Origin: an uncultured Actinomycetota bacterium
Lineage (GTDB): Bacteria > Actinomycetota > Thermoleophilia > RBG-16-64-13
DNA: 64,000 nt
Assembly: GCA_963796315.1 (NCBI GenBank)
Contig: CAWCLH010000019.1
Coordinates: 144,048-208,047 of the forward strand
Direction: 5' to 3'
The translations under genes and the position numbers were made by a program. Positions 1 through 9,224 of this stretch are shown piece after piece. A model generated the notes under the pieces. The model did not search any database, was not told the DNA's origin, and worked only from the letters and a program-made list of their open reading frames with translations. Positions within the stretch are counted from its first letter, which is position 1, and each line of letters starts with the position of its first letter.

Positions 1-27
1 GGCGCCCGGAGGATGGTCCTCTGCTCG

Positions 28-873
28 CTACTCGGTCGGGTCCTGGGTCACCTGGATGCAGACGTGCGATCCCGAGTCATGCGTGTACGGCCGGAGCTTC
101 GCGCCCAGATCGCCCTGCACGCCGCGGACCTTGCCGATCTGCGTCTGGCCCGCGACGACGGACTGGCCGATGGTGACGGCGGGTTCGGCCACGAAGAGCA
201 TGGTGACGGTCACGCCGCTGACTTTTGCCGGGCGGATGTCGACCTGGACGTCGTCGTACTTACCCAGCAGGCGATAGCTCTTGACCCCGGTCACCTCGCC
301 ACTGACCGGCGCGGTGATGACCGAACCGGCCGGCGCCCCCACGTCCACCGAACCCGTCGCCGCGACCACCCGACCGGTGCCTTGGAGGGTGTAGTACCGG
401 ACCGAGGAGTCATTCGAGAACACGCGGCGGATGCTCCTCGAGACCACGTCGCCGTTGACCTGGGAGCCGATGGGCTCCAGGGGTACGGCGCGTTCATCGG
501 CCGCGGGCTGGTACGCGATGATGGTGGCGTCCCTGGCGGCGACGGGCAGGGAGAGGTTCTGTCCCTGGAGTCGAGCGAACGACGGCCGGGCCTCGCCGGA
601 CGCTTTCACGGGTCCGTCGGTGGGGGCCGAGACCAGTTGGTCTTGCGTGGGGATGTGGACGGTGGTCTGACGGGCCAGCGCTAGGGTCGCGAAGGAGCCG
701 GTCGTGATGAGGAGGAAGGCGAGCAGGGTGACGAAACGCATCCGACGTCGGCGGATAACCGCCTGGCGGCGTCGCCTCCGGCGCTCGGCCTCGTGTTCGG
801 GCGCGTGCAGGAGCATGACGGACGCTAGGGTAACACCCGGTAGGGTAAATGGCCACACGCCCAAAAGGAGCAT
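28..873 (-). CDS. membrane-anchored protein with degenerate LytM/M23-like C-terminal domain (start uncertain: 873, 816 or 741)
   Basis: 281-aa ORF. Arg-rich N-terminus is followed by a TM helix (FVTLLAFLLITTGSFATLALA). The C-terminal half has a LytM-like layout (APAGSVITAPVSGEVTGV ... GQSVVAGQTQIGKV), but the usual Zn-ligand His positions are not conserved. Confidence 0.45.
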   Translation of the reverse strand: MLLLGVWPFTLPGVTLASVMLLHAPEHEAERRRRRRQAVIRRRRMRFVTLLAFLLITTGSFATLALARQTTVHIPTQDQLVSAPTDGPVKASGEARPSFARLQGQNLSLPVAARDATIIAYQPAADERAVPLEPIGSQVNGDVVSRSIRRVFSNDSSVRYYTLQGTGRVVAATGSVDVGAPAGSVITAPVSGEVTGVKSYRLLGKYDDVQVDIRPAKVSGVTVTMLFVAEPAVTIGQSVVAGQTQIGKVRGVQGDLGAKLRPYTHDSGSHVCIQVTQDPTE

Positions 874-961
874 AATGGCCAGGATGATGCCCTGCCCGGG
901 TCGCGTTGCGGCTGAAGGGGCCGAGCGGATCCGGCCGCCCCGAGAACAAGGACGGTCCTAG

Positions 962-2182
962 GTGACGGATGATAGAGAGGGGTCGGGTACCACAGACGTC
1001 CGATCCTCGCCGGGGCCCAAGTCGGAGGTCTTGATCGTCATCCCCCGGTGGGCTCAGGCGGTGCTTCTGCCCGTGGCCGTCTTCCTGGCTCTGGTGTTCG
1101 GCCGAGCGATGAGTCACGCTCTCTTCGCGCTCTTGATGGCGGTCCTGCTGGCGCTGCTCCTCAATCCGATCGTTCGCAGTCTGCGGCGTCTGCGCATGCC
1201 TCGGGTCGTGGCCGTGCCTCTGGTGTACTTGACCTTCGTCGCGCTGCTGGTCGTGCTGCTCGTCGTCGGCGTCCCCGTCCTCGTCAGCCAGATCCAGGGG
1301 CTTTTCAATCGGGTGCCGGAGTGGGGGAAGGGTCTCGAGGCGGCGGTGGGGGACCTCCAGCGCTACCTGGACCGGACCGGCATCCCGGTGGATGTCGAGG
1401 CCGGACTGGGACAGGCGGTCACCTGGCTCGAGACGCATAGCGTGCAGTCCGTGGGAACGGTGTTCAACGTGGGACTGGGCCTGGCCGGAGGTTTGGCCAC
1501 GCTGCTGGTCGTGGTCATCTCGAGCTTCTACATGTTGATCGACGGGACACGCATCCACCGTTTTCTCATGCGCGTGCTGCCCGGGGACGACGCGGTCATG
1601 GACCGCTACCTCAACGGGCTGCAGGCCTCCTTCACCCGCTACGTCAAGGGGCAGGCGATCGTCGGGTTGAGCATGGGCCTGTTCGCCGGTCTGGGCGTGT
1701 GGTTGCTCGGGGCGATCGGCGTATGGCCGGAGGGGCAGCAGTATGCGCTGCTCTTCGGCGTGTGGGCCGGATTGATGGAACTGGTGCCCTACGTGGGTCC
1801 TTGGCTCGGGGGCGCTCCACCGACCATCCTGGCCCTCTTCTCGTCCCCCGCGACGGCCCTCTGGGTGTTGGTCCTCTTCGTCGTGCTCCAGCAGATCGAA
1901 GGGCACGTCCTGGTCCCCAGCATCATGGGGAGCACGGTGGGGGTCCACCCGCTGGTGGTGATCTTCTCCCTGCTGGCGGCGTTCCAGGTGGCCGGGATCC
2001 TGGGGATGCTGGCGGTCCTGCCTGTGGTGTCGATGATCAAACACACGCTCGACTTCTTCGACTTCAGGCTCTCCCGAGCATCCTGGGCCGCCGATGATCG
2101 GCCGGGCCCGGACCCCCCGGCGGCGATCGGTCCTCCCGAGGGCGCCGCCTGTAGCCCGCGCTCGGGCGGGACGCCGGGGTAG
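962..2182 (+). CDS. AI-2E family transporter (PerM/UPF0118-like permease)
   Basis: 406 aa and polytopic. Blocks ELVPYVGPWLGGAPPTILALF and QQIEGHVLVPSIMG are typical of the AI-2E family. Confidence 0.8.
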   Translation: MTDDREGSGTTDVRSSPGPKSEVLIVIPRWAQAVLLPVAVFLALVFGRAMSHALFALLMAVLLALLLNPIVRSLRRLRMPRVVAVPLVYLTFVALLVVLLVVGVPVLVSQIQGLFNRVPEWGKGLEAAVGDLQRYLDRTGIPVDVEAGLGQAVTWLETHSVQSVGTVFNVGLGLAGGLATLLVVVISSFYMLIDGTRIHRFLMRVLPGDDAVMDRYLNGLQASFTRYVKGQAIVGLSMGLFAGLGVWLLGAIGVWPEGQQYALLFGVWAGLMELVPYVGPWLGGAPPTILALFSSPATALWVLVLFVVLQQIEGHVLVPSIMGSTVGVHPLVVIFSLLAAFQVAGILGMLAVLPVVSMIKHTLDFFDFRLSRASWAADDRPGPDPPAAIGPPEGAACSPRSGGTPG

Positions 2183-2229
2183 ACCTCGTCGCTCGGGTCT
2201 CCGGGCGTGCGCCTTGCGGGAACGCCGTC

Positions 2230-2238
2230 TGTTAGAAT
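2230..2238 (+). promoter_or_regulatory. candidate extended -10 promoter (TGtTAGAAT) upstream of the inositol-lipid genes
   Basis: TG at 2230-2231 and TAGAAT at 2233-2238, in the intergenic gap about 35 nt upstream of the 2274 start. No clear -35. Confidence 0.25.
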
Positions 2239-2273
2239 CGATCGGCCCGTGACCCAGGCAGCGAAACGAGGGA

Positions 2274-2930
2274 GTGGCCCGGGCATCCTTGCCCCCAGCT
2301 ATGCCGCAACTCAGCCAACACAGAGGCGAGAGCCCCCGTGAGGTCATCGCTGTGCGTGCCCGGCAGGCCGCCGCCCCGGTGTCGGCCGGTCTTCGCCGAC
2401 TGCGGATCAGCCCCAATCAGCTCACGGTAGCCGGTGCGGCGCTGCATCTCGTGGTCGCCTGGCTGATCGTCGCCGACCATCTGCTGCTGGGCGGGATCGT
2501 GTTCGTCGCGGCCAGCCTCTTCGACATGCTCGATGGCTCCCTCGCCCGGCTCTCGCAGATGGTGACGCCGTTCGGCGCGTTCCTCGACTCGACCCTGGAC
2601 CGGGTGTCGGAGGGCATCGTCCTCTCGGCCGTGGCGTACCACTTCGCCGAGCAGGGTCACGCGGTCGACGCGGCTCTGGTCGTCCTCGCGCTTCTGGGCT
2701 CGCTCCTGGTGAGTTACACTCGGGCCAGGGCGGAGGCGTTGGGAGTGGAGTGCAAGGTGGGCCTGCTGAGCCGGCCCGAGCGCGTCATCTTGATCGCGAT
2801 CGGGCTGTTCTTCAACGTGCTCCCCTGGGTCGTGTACATCCTCGTGGCGCTGACCGCCTTCACGGTGCTGCAGCGGGTGCTCCATACTCGGCGGATGCTG
2901 CTCGCCCGGGATGGCGGCGTCGAAGACTGA
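2274..2930 (+). CDS. CDP-alcohol phosphatidyltransferase, phosphatidylinositol-phosphate synthase-like
   Basis: 218 aa membrane protein. The family signature D-x2-DG-x2-AR...G-x3-D-x3-D is visible as FDMLDGSLARL...FLDSTLDRVSEG. It lies immediately upstream of ino1. Confidence 0.75.
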   Translation: MARASLPPAMPQLSQHRGESPREVIAVRARQAAAPVSAGLRRLRISPNQLTVAGAALHLVVAWLIVADHLLLGGIVFVAASLFDMLDGSLARLSQMVTPFGAFLDSTLDRVSEGIVLSAVAYHFAEQGHAVDAALVVLALLGSLLVSYTRARAEALGVECKVGLLSRPERVILIAIGLFFNVLPWVVYILVALTAFTVLQRVLHTRRMLLARDGGVED

Positions 2931-3020
2931 CCGTCAAATGCGGACGACCCGGATCGCGCCGCTCGTGAGGTACGACAAGACGATGGGAGACCGCCGAGGG
3001 CGGCTTCCGACACCGGAGAG

Positions 3021-4142
3021 GTGAGGGAGGGTCAGTTGAGCGACAAAGTACGGGTGGCCATCGTCGGGGTGGGCAACTGCGCGTCGTCCTTGGTGCAGGG
3101 CGTGCACTACTACCGGAATGCCCAGGACGACGAGTTCGTGCCCGGCCTGATGCACGTCAATCTCGGCGGCTACCACATCTCCGACATCGAGTTCACCGCC
3201 GCGTTCGACGTGGCGAAGAGCAAGGTGGGCAAGGACCTGTCCGAGGCCATCTTCTCCGGCATGAACAACACCGTGAAGTTCACCGACGTGCCGTTCAGCG
3301 GCGTCAAGGTGCACCGCGGTATGACCCACGACGGGCTGGGCAAGTACCTGTCCGAGGTGATCGAGAAGGCGCCCGGCCCGACCGACGACGTGGTCGGGAT
3401 CCTCCGAAGCACGAAGACCGACGTGGTGGTCAGCTACCTGCCCGTGGGCAGCGAGGCGGCGACCAAGTGGTACGTGGAGCAGGTGCTGGAGGCGGGTTGC
3501 GCCTTCGTCAACTGCATCCCCGTCTTCATCGCCCGCGAGCCGTACTGGCGCAACCGTTTTGAGGAGAAGGGCCTGCCCATCATCGGCGACGACATCAAGT
3601 CGCAGGTGGGCGCCACCATCGTCCACCGGGTGCTCACCCGGCTGATGCGGGAACGCGGGGTCAAGCTCGAGCGCACCAGCCAGCTGAACGTCGGCGGGAA
3701 CACCGACTTCCTCAACATGCTGGAGCGCGAGCGGCTGGAGAGCAAGAAGATCTCCAAGACCAACGCGGTCACCTCGCAGCTGGACTACGACATGGGCGGG
3801 AAGAACGTCCATATCGGCCCGTCGGACTACGTGGAGTGGCTGGACGACCGCAAGTGGGCCTACATCCGGATGGAAGGCCGCACCTTCGGCGACGTGCCCC
3901 TGAATGTGGAGTTGAAGCTCGAGGTCGTCGACTCGCCCAACTCGGCCGGCATCGTGATCGATGCGGTGCGATGCGGCAAGTTGGCCCTGGACCGCGGCAT
4001 CAGCGGCGCTCTCTACGGTCCGTCCTCCTACTTCATGAAGTCTCCGCCCGAGCAGTACAGCGACTCGGACGCTCGTCTGAGGACCGAAGCGTTCATCCAG
4101 AACGTCGGCGTGGAGTCCGTGGAGCTGCCGGCCAAGGAGTAG
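3021..4142 (+). CDS. ino1: myo-inositol-1-phosphate synthase
   Basis: 373 aa. The [23 protein letters not shown]-terminus and overall length match actinobacterial Ino1. An alternative TTG start lies at 3036. Confidence 0.9.
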   Translation: MREGQLSDKVRVAIVGVGNCASSLVQGVHYYRNAQDDEFVPGLMHVNLGGYHISDIEFTAAFDVAKSKVGKDLSEAIFSGMNNTVKFTDVPFSGVKVHRGMTHDGLGKYLSEVIEKAPGPTDDVVGILRSTKTDVVVSYLPVGSEAATKWYVEQVLEAGCAFVNCIPVFIAREPYWRNRFEEKGLPIIGDDIKSQVGATIVHRVLTRLMRERGVKLERTSQLNVGGNTDFLNMLERERLESKKISKTNAVTSQLDYDMGGKNVHIGPSDYVEWLDDRKWAYIRMEGRTFGDVPLNVELKLEVVDSPNSAGIVIDAVRCGKLALDRGISGALYGPSSYFMKSPPEQYSDSDARLRTEAFIQNVGVESVELPAKE

Positions 4143-4202
4143 CGAGGAGCCCGCGCCTCTTCCCGGCCGAGCGTGGGAAGAGGTGGGCGGCGGGAGGCTG
4201 CG

Positions 4203-6236
4203 GTGCGCATCGCTCTGGTCACGCCCTTCGCCTGGGGGACACCGAGCGCCGTCAACGACCACGTCGCTCTGCTGGCGCGCGAGTTGGCGCGCCGCGGCCA
4301 TCGACCCTTGATCGTCGCGTCGTCCGACCACCCGGACGAACTCCGGCGCATGCGCCTCTTGACCCGCCGCAAGGAGGACCTGGGCCTGCATCTGCTGCGC
4401 GAATGGCAGGCCGGCGCGCCGCCAGACCCGCGGCTCCTTCCGCCCCCCGATGACCTTCTGGGCCCGGAAGTCGGTATCCCGGTCTATCCGCTCGGCCGGA
4501 GCTTCTCGATCCGGGCGAACGGGGCGGTCGCCAACCTCGGGTTGCCTGTCGACCTGATGGCGCGCTTGGAGCATCTCCTGGCTCACGGCGCCTTCGAGGT
4601 GGTCCACGTCCACGAGCCGTTGGCTCCCTCGCTGAGCTTCACCGCCATCCGCGAGGCCCGCAGCCCGGTGGTCGCCACCTTCCACCTCACGCCGGCGGGG
4701 TTGCGGGGGTACGAGCTCGGCCAGGGTCTGCTTCCCCGGTTCTACGAGCGACTGGACGGACGCATCGTCACCTCTCCGGCCGCCGTGCCGGTGCTGACCC
4801 AGGCGTTCCCGGGAGAGTACACGGCCATCTCGCCGGGGAGTCAGCTGGCCTTCGGCTTGGCCCACCGGATCCAGCGCGGCGCGCATCGGCCGGAACGAGC
4901 GCCGCCCGACCGCTCGCCCCCGAGGGGGGGACGGCTCTCTACGTCTACCGCGGTGACGACCGGCGCGCGCTCCGCGCGCTCCTCCGGTCGCTCGCGGTGG
5001 AGCGCGGTCGCCGCCTGCGGCGGCTGGTGGTCGCGGTGCACCGGGCATCGGCCGATCGCTGGCCGCCCCGCCCCTCGCCCCGCACGCTTGCAGCATCTGG
5101 TCGAGTGGCGGGAGTTCGGCGATGCTCGTGAACTGGCCCCGCTCTACGGGGAGGCGGACGTGGTCGTCCTGCCCTTCCTGGGCGGCGAGTGGCTACTCTC
5201 CGCCGCAGCCGATGCGGTGGTCTCCGGAGTCCCGTTGGCCGGCCCCGACCTCCCGTTGACCCGCGAGGCGTTGCTCGGTGCCTCCGCCGCTCGGCTGTTC
5301 TCTCCCAGCCGGGAGCCCTCGCTGGCCGAGGCGTTGGACGACCTTCTCGAGCAGGCCGCTTCGCATTCCCCTTCGTCGATCGCGGACCGGCACTACCCGT
5401 CTGCAGTGGCGGCGGCGGTGGAGGAGGAGTACCGTCGGGCCGCCCGCTTGGCTCGTCCCTCGCCAGCCGTCTCCCCCGTCGTTCACCCCGGCCGTTTCGG
5501 CGCGGCCCCGCCTTCCCCGCGCCGGGCGGTCCGCCTGCTTGCTCGCGCCGAGGGCGGGTCCCCCGGCGAGGGTTGGATCCATGCGGATCTGCACGTTCAC
5601 ACGAGTCATTCGAAGGATTGCCGCAGCCCGGTGGCGGCCGTCGTGGCGACGGCCGCCGAGGTGGGCCTGGACGCCATCGCCATCGCCGATCACAACACCA
5701 TCACCGGGGCGGTGGAAGCCCGCGACCTGGCGGGCGACGGCCTGTACGTCATCGTGGCGGAGGAGGTCATGACCCAGCAGGGGGAGGTGATCGGCCTCTT
5801 CCTGCAGGAGACGGTCCCGGCCGGGTTGACGTTCGACGCCACTCTCTCCCTCATCAAGCAGCAGGGCGGTTTGGTGTACGTCCCCCATCCCTTCGACCGG
5901 CTGCACACGACGCCCTCCTACCGCTCGCTGGTCGACAACCTGCACCGCATCGACGTGATCGAGACCTACAACGCCCGTCTGGCCTTCTCCGGGTTCAACG
6001 CCAACGCCGAGCGCTTCGCCGCCAAGTACAATCTGGCAGCCGGCGCCGGGAGCGACGCCCACGTGTTGCCCGGGTTGGGAACGGCGATGCTGCGCATGCG
6101 TTCGTTCACGGGACCGGACGACTTCCTCGCCGCCCTTCGGGAAGTCGACATCGTCGCGCGTCGCAAGAGCCTCTTCTACCTGCAGTCCCTCAAACTTCTG
6201 CAGAACACGTTGGACCTGGTGCTCCCGGGAGGCTAG
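4203..6236 (+). CDS. GT4 (PimA-like) glycosyltransferase fused to a C-terminal PHP-domain phosphoesterase; about 250 nt inside appear out of frame as assembled
   Basis: - N-terminus VRIALVTPFAWGTPSAVNDHVALLARELARRGH is a GT4 N-domain; GGGAGG lies 6 nt before GTG 4203.
- GT C-domain: EADVVVLPFLGGEWLL.
- C-terminus HADLHVHTSHSKDC...AIAIADHNTITG...GSDAH is a PHP fold.
- No stop separates the two halves.
- Residues encoded about 4840-5090 look off-frame, while the -1 frame reads GGTALYVYRGDDRRALRALLRSLA..RLVVAVH. Confidence 0.65.
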   Translation: MRIALVTPFAWGTPSAVNDHVALLARELARRGHRPLIVASSDHPDELRRMRLLTRRKEDLGLHLLREWQAGAPPDPRLLPPPDDLLGPEVGIPVYPLGRSFSIRANGAVANLGLPVDLMARLEHLLAHGAFEVVHVHEPLAPSLSFTAIREARSPVVATFHLTPAGLRGYELGQGLLPRFYERLDGRIVTSPAAVPVLTQAFPGEYTAISPGSQLAFGLAHRIQRGAHRPERAPPDRSPPRGGRLSTSTAVTTGARSARSSGRSRWSAVAACGGWWSRCTGHRPIAGRPAPRPARLQHLVEWREFGDARELAPLYGEADVVVLPFLGGEWLLSAAADAVVSGVPLAGPDLPLTREALLGASAARLFSPSREPSLAEALDDLLEQAASHSPSSIADRHYPSAVAAAVEEEYRRAARLARPSPAVSPVVHPGRFGAAPPSPRRAVRLLARAEGGSPGEGWIHADLHVHTSHSKDCRSPVAAVVATAAEVGLDAIAIADHNTITGAVEARDLAGDGLYVIVAEEVMTQQGEVIGLFLQETVPAGLTFDATLSLIKQQGGLVYVPHPFDRLHTTPSYRSLVDNLHRIDVIETYNARLAFSGFNANAERFAAKYNLAAGAGSDAHVLPGLGTAMLRMRSFTGPDDFLAALREVDIVARRKSLFYLQSLKLLQNTLDLVLPGG

Positions 6237-6346
6237 TCTTGTACGAGCGCGGCCGACCCGGTCGCCGCCTCGCAGAGGATTCCCGGCGGCTTCGGCTAAT
6301 ACCTTATCTGCCCGTCTCGCGCGGGCGTTCTGTCCCCGAACGGTGA

Positions 6347-7003
6347 TTGTCGAGGAGCATGACTGCGACCCCTGGCCAGCATCCAGAGCACGAGCCGACG
6401 CCCCCCCGGGTGAGCGACCTCTACAACCGTCTCGAGGAACGGGCCATCGCCGAGAGCAACGAGCTCAACCGGCGGGTGGTCGCCTGTCGCCTCTGCAGGC
6501 GGGGCGACTTCCTGCCCACGGTGGGATCGGGCCATCCTCTCGCCGACATCCTCCTGCTCAAGTACCAGCCTCGCTATCTCGAGGTCAGTGAGGGCGTCTC
6601 CTTCTTCGGCCGTTCCGGCGCCGCGGTCCTCAAGAGCGTGGAGCGGCTGGGCGTCGATCCGCTGCTTCTGTATGGGACCAATCTCCTCAAGTGCGCCGGG
6701 GTGGAGGCGGAGGAGGCGGAGACGGAGTGTCCCGCCTTCCTGTTGGAGGAGTTCGACATCACCCAGCCGAAGCTGATCGTCGTCATGGGTCGGCGGACGC
6801 TGGAGGTCCTCAACGAGCGGCGGGTCGCCGGCATGCGCGCGTTGACCTGGTCCCCGGGCGAACTGCAGGAGTTCACGCCTTTCTGCAAGGCCCTGGTGAC
6901 GCCGGATGTGGACACGTCCCTGGACGACCGGGAGGCGAAGGCGGCGTTCTGGCAGGCGTTCCGGACGCTGGGGGAGTGGTATCGGGACGAGCCTCCGTAC
7001 TGA
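6347..7003 (+). CDS. uracil-DNA glycosylase superfamily protein (family 4-like, atypical motif A)
   Basis: 218 aa. CRLCRRG..., FFGRSGAAVLKSVERLG and LYGTNLLKC blocks resemble family-4 UDG. The GEAPG position reads KYQPR. Confidence 0.6.
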   Translation: MSRSMTATPGQHPEHEPTPPRVSDLYNRLEERAIAESNELNRRVVACRLCRRGDFLPTVGSGHPLADILLLKYQPRYLEVSEGVSFFGRSGAAVLKSVERLGVDPLLLYGTNLLKCAGVEAEEAETECPAFLLEEFDITQPKLIVVMGRRTLEVLNERRVAGMRALTWSPGELQEFTPFCKALVTPDVDTSLDDREAKAAFWQAFRTLGEWYRDEPPY

Positions 7004-7016
7004 GCCCCGGCCGTTC

Positions 7017-7733
7017 GTGACCGCGGGGAAGGGCCCGGCGGGCCGGCTGCTGCTGTTCGGCCTGCTGGTCGCGGTCGTCTACGCCGCGGTCGGCGAGCTG
7101 CCCCACGCCGCATCGTTGAAGTTCGATGTCACCGTGGGCTTCGTCGCCGGTCTGGTCCCCGTGGTCCTGCTCGCCTGGACGCTCGTGCGGTCGTCGCTCT
7201 CTCCGGCACGGCTGGGCCTGCTCCTCGGGCTCGGCCTGGCCGTCGGCTTGGTACTGTCCTGGGCGGGGTGGTTCGGGGCGGCGGCGCCCTTCAAGGTGGC
7301 GGCGGCCGTCTCGCTGGGGTATCTGCTGGGCCTGCAGCTGGACCGGGCCTGGATCCTGGTCCTCGTCGCCGGGTTGGCGTTCGTCGCGGACATCTGGAGC
7401 GTGTTCGCCGGTCCCAGCCGGGTGATCATCGACCGGGCCCCCGGCGTCCTGGACTACGCGCTCATCCATTTCCCGGCGCTGGGCACCGGCGACCCCGGGG
7501 TGGCGCTGGGCATGAGCGACCTGGTCTTCCTGGGTCTGTTCACCGTCGGTAGCGCCGTGAACGGTCTTCGGCCCCGGCTCACCTTCGCGGCCATGGTCGT
7601 GTCGCTGGCGGTCACCTTCGCCGTCACGCTCCTGACCGAGCGGGCGCTCCCCGCCCTGCCGCTCCTGGGCCTGGCCTTCGTCGTCGCCAACGCCGACCTG
7701 TTGTGGAGACGGCTCCGGGAACGGAGGGACTAG
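7017..7733 (+). CDS. polytopic membrane protein with presenilin/SPP-like (A22-type) motifs
   Basis: GTG 7017 follows the UDG stop. There are about 6-7 TM helices. FVADIWSVFAGP (YD-like), ALGMSDLVFLGLF (GxGD-like, with Ser at the third position) and ERALPALPLL (PAL) occur in the expected order. Confidence 0.5.
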   Translation: MTAGKGPAGRLLLFGLLVAVVYAAVGELPHAASLKFDVTVGFVAGLVPVVLLAWTLVRSSLSPARLGLLLGLGLAVGLVLSWAGWFGAAAPFKVAAAVSLGYLLGLQLDRAWILVLVAGLAFVADIWSVFAGPSRVIIDRAPGVLDYALIHFPALGTGDPGVALGMSDLVFLGLFTVGSAVNGLRPRLTFAAMVVSLAVTFAVTLLTERALPALPLLGLAFVVANADLLWRRLRERRD

Positions 7734-9109
7734 GCAGGCTCCAGCAGCCCGACCGCCTCGATATGCGGGGTGTGCGGGAACATGTCGACCGGGGTGACCC
7801 GGACCAGTCGGTACCCCGACTCCTGGAACTGGGCCACGTTGGGTGCCATCGTCCCCGGGTTGCAGGAGACGTAGACGATGCGGCCGGGCTGGAGCGCGGC
7901 CGCCCGCGCCACGACCTTCTTCGCCAGACCGCCCCGCGGAGGGTCGAGGATGACCACGTCGGGGCGATCCAAGCCGGCGGGCAGGGGCCGGCGGCCTTCC
8001 AGGATCTCCTTCAGGACCACGCGGGCGTCGCCTTCCAGGAACGTGGCCGACGTCACGCCGTTGGCCGCCGCGTTCTCGCGGGCATCGGCTACCGCCGCCG
8101 GCACGACCTCGATGCCCAGGACGCCTCGGGCTCGGCCGGCCAGGAAGAGCGCGATGGAGCCGATCCCGCAGTACAGGTCGAACACCACCTCCTCGCCGGT
8201 CAGCCCCGCTTCCGCCGCCGCCGTCCCGTAGAGGACCTCGGCCATGCGGCTGTTGGTCTGGAAGAAGGCGTCGATGGAGATCTTCAGACGCAGAGGCCCC
8301 AGCGTCTCATAGAGGTAGGGCCGGCCCCACAGCGTGACGTACGGCAGCCCGCTCGCCACCTCGGCCGGCCCTTCGTTCACCGCGTGGAGGATGCCCACCA
8401 CGGCCGGATGACGGGAGCGCAGGGCCTCGACCAAGCCCGAGGGCAACGCGCCGGGCGCGGTCACCAGGCTGACCAGCACCTCTCCAGTGCCGTGCGCTTC
8501 CCGGACGGTGAGGTGGCGGGCGAAGCCGGTCAACGCCCGCGGGTCCCAAGGGGCCAGCCCCTGCGATCGCAGCCAGCCTTCGACGGTCGTACGGATCGCT
8601 TCGGTCTCGGCGGGCAGCAGCAGGCATTCGTCGAGCGGCATGACCGCATCCCAACGGCCCGGCGGGTGGAAACCGACCACCAGGTCGCCGTCCGAGTTCC
8701 CGATGGAGAACTCCACCTTGTTGCGGTAGCGCCACGGATCGTCCATCCCGCGGATGGGGCGAAGCTCGAAGCCGGCGAGCCCACCCAGACGTTCCAGCGT
8801 CTCCTGCACCTGCCGGGCCTTGTACTGCAGCTGCACCGCGTAGTCCAGGCTCTGCCAGCGGCAACCACCGCAGCTGCCGGCATGCCGGCAGGAGGCGTCG
8901 CGCCTGTCCGGTGAGGGCTGCAACAACTCCACCATGCGCGCCTCGGCGTACCGCTTCTTGACCTTCGTCAGGACCGCGCGCACCACGTCGCCGGGGACGG
9001 CCCCGGTCACGAAGACGACGAACCCGTCGATGCGGGCCACTCCCTGTCCGCCGAAGGCGAGCGTGGAGATGGTCAGGTCCAGGGTCTGGCCTCGAACGGG
9101 ACGGCTCAT
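7730..9109 (-). CDS. 23S rRNA (uracil-5-)-methyltransferase, RlmD/RumA family (TRAM + Fe-S Cys cluster + SAM MTase)
   Basis: TRAM-like LAFGGQGVARIDGFVVFVTGAVPGDVV, a Cys cluster CRHAGSCGGCRWQ, and SAM-site DLYCGIGSIALFLA. The start is taken at Met63 of the track ORF (ATG 9109), which has GGAG upstream. Confidence 0.85.
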   Translation of the reverse strand: MSRPVRGQTLDLTISTLAFGGQGVARIDGFVVFVTGAVPGDVVRAVLTKVKKRYAEARMVELLQPSPDRRDASCRHAGSCGGCRWQSLDYAVQLQYKARQVQETLERLGGLAGFELRPIRGMDDPWRYRNKVEFSIGNSDGDLVVGFHPPGRWDAVMPLDECLLLPAETEAIRTTVEGWLRSQGLAPWDPRALTGFARHLTVREAHGTGEVLVSLVTAPGALPSGLVEALRSRHPAVVGILHAVNEGPAEVASGLPYVTLWGRPYLYETLGPLRLKISIDAFFQTNSRMAEVLYGTAAAEAGLTGEEVVFDLYCGIGSIALFLAGRARGVLGIEVVPAAVADARENAAANGVTSATFLEGDARVVLKEILEGRRPLPAGLDRPDVVILDPPRGGLAKKVVARAAALQPGRIVYVSCNPGTMAPNVAQFQESGYRLVRVTPVDMFPHTPHIEAVGLLEPA

Positions 9110-9224
9110 GGCTCTCCTTGGAGGCGGGAGTCGGACGGGGCGGTCGCGCTCGTCGGTACCCACTCGGCAGGGGTCCGGAGGCGCGACGGAGGCATGGTAC
9201 ACTACGCCGCCGCGGACGGGCTCG

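Noticed and set aside
494-2416. A 640-aa minus-strand ORF, and similar very long ORFs at 2934-5096(-), 8307-10178(-), 16600-18513(-), 35539-38082(-), 38092-40578(-), 43591-45246(-), 52521-54224(-) and 54465-55985(-)
   Set aside because: All are antisense to genes with clear family signatures (AI-2E, ino1, rlmD/EamA, dnaK, moaC/ccsA, hemA/hemC, radical SAM, cytochromes). Their translations are R/H/D/G/P-rich low-information sequence, typical of open non-coding frames in GC-rich DNA.
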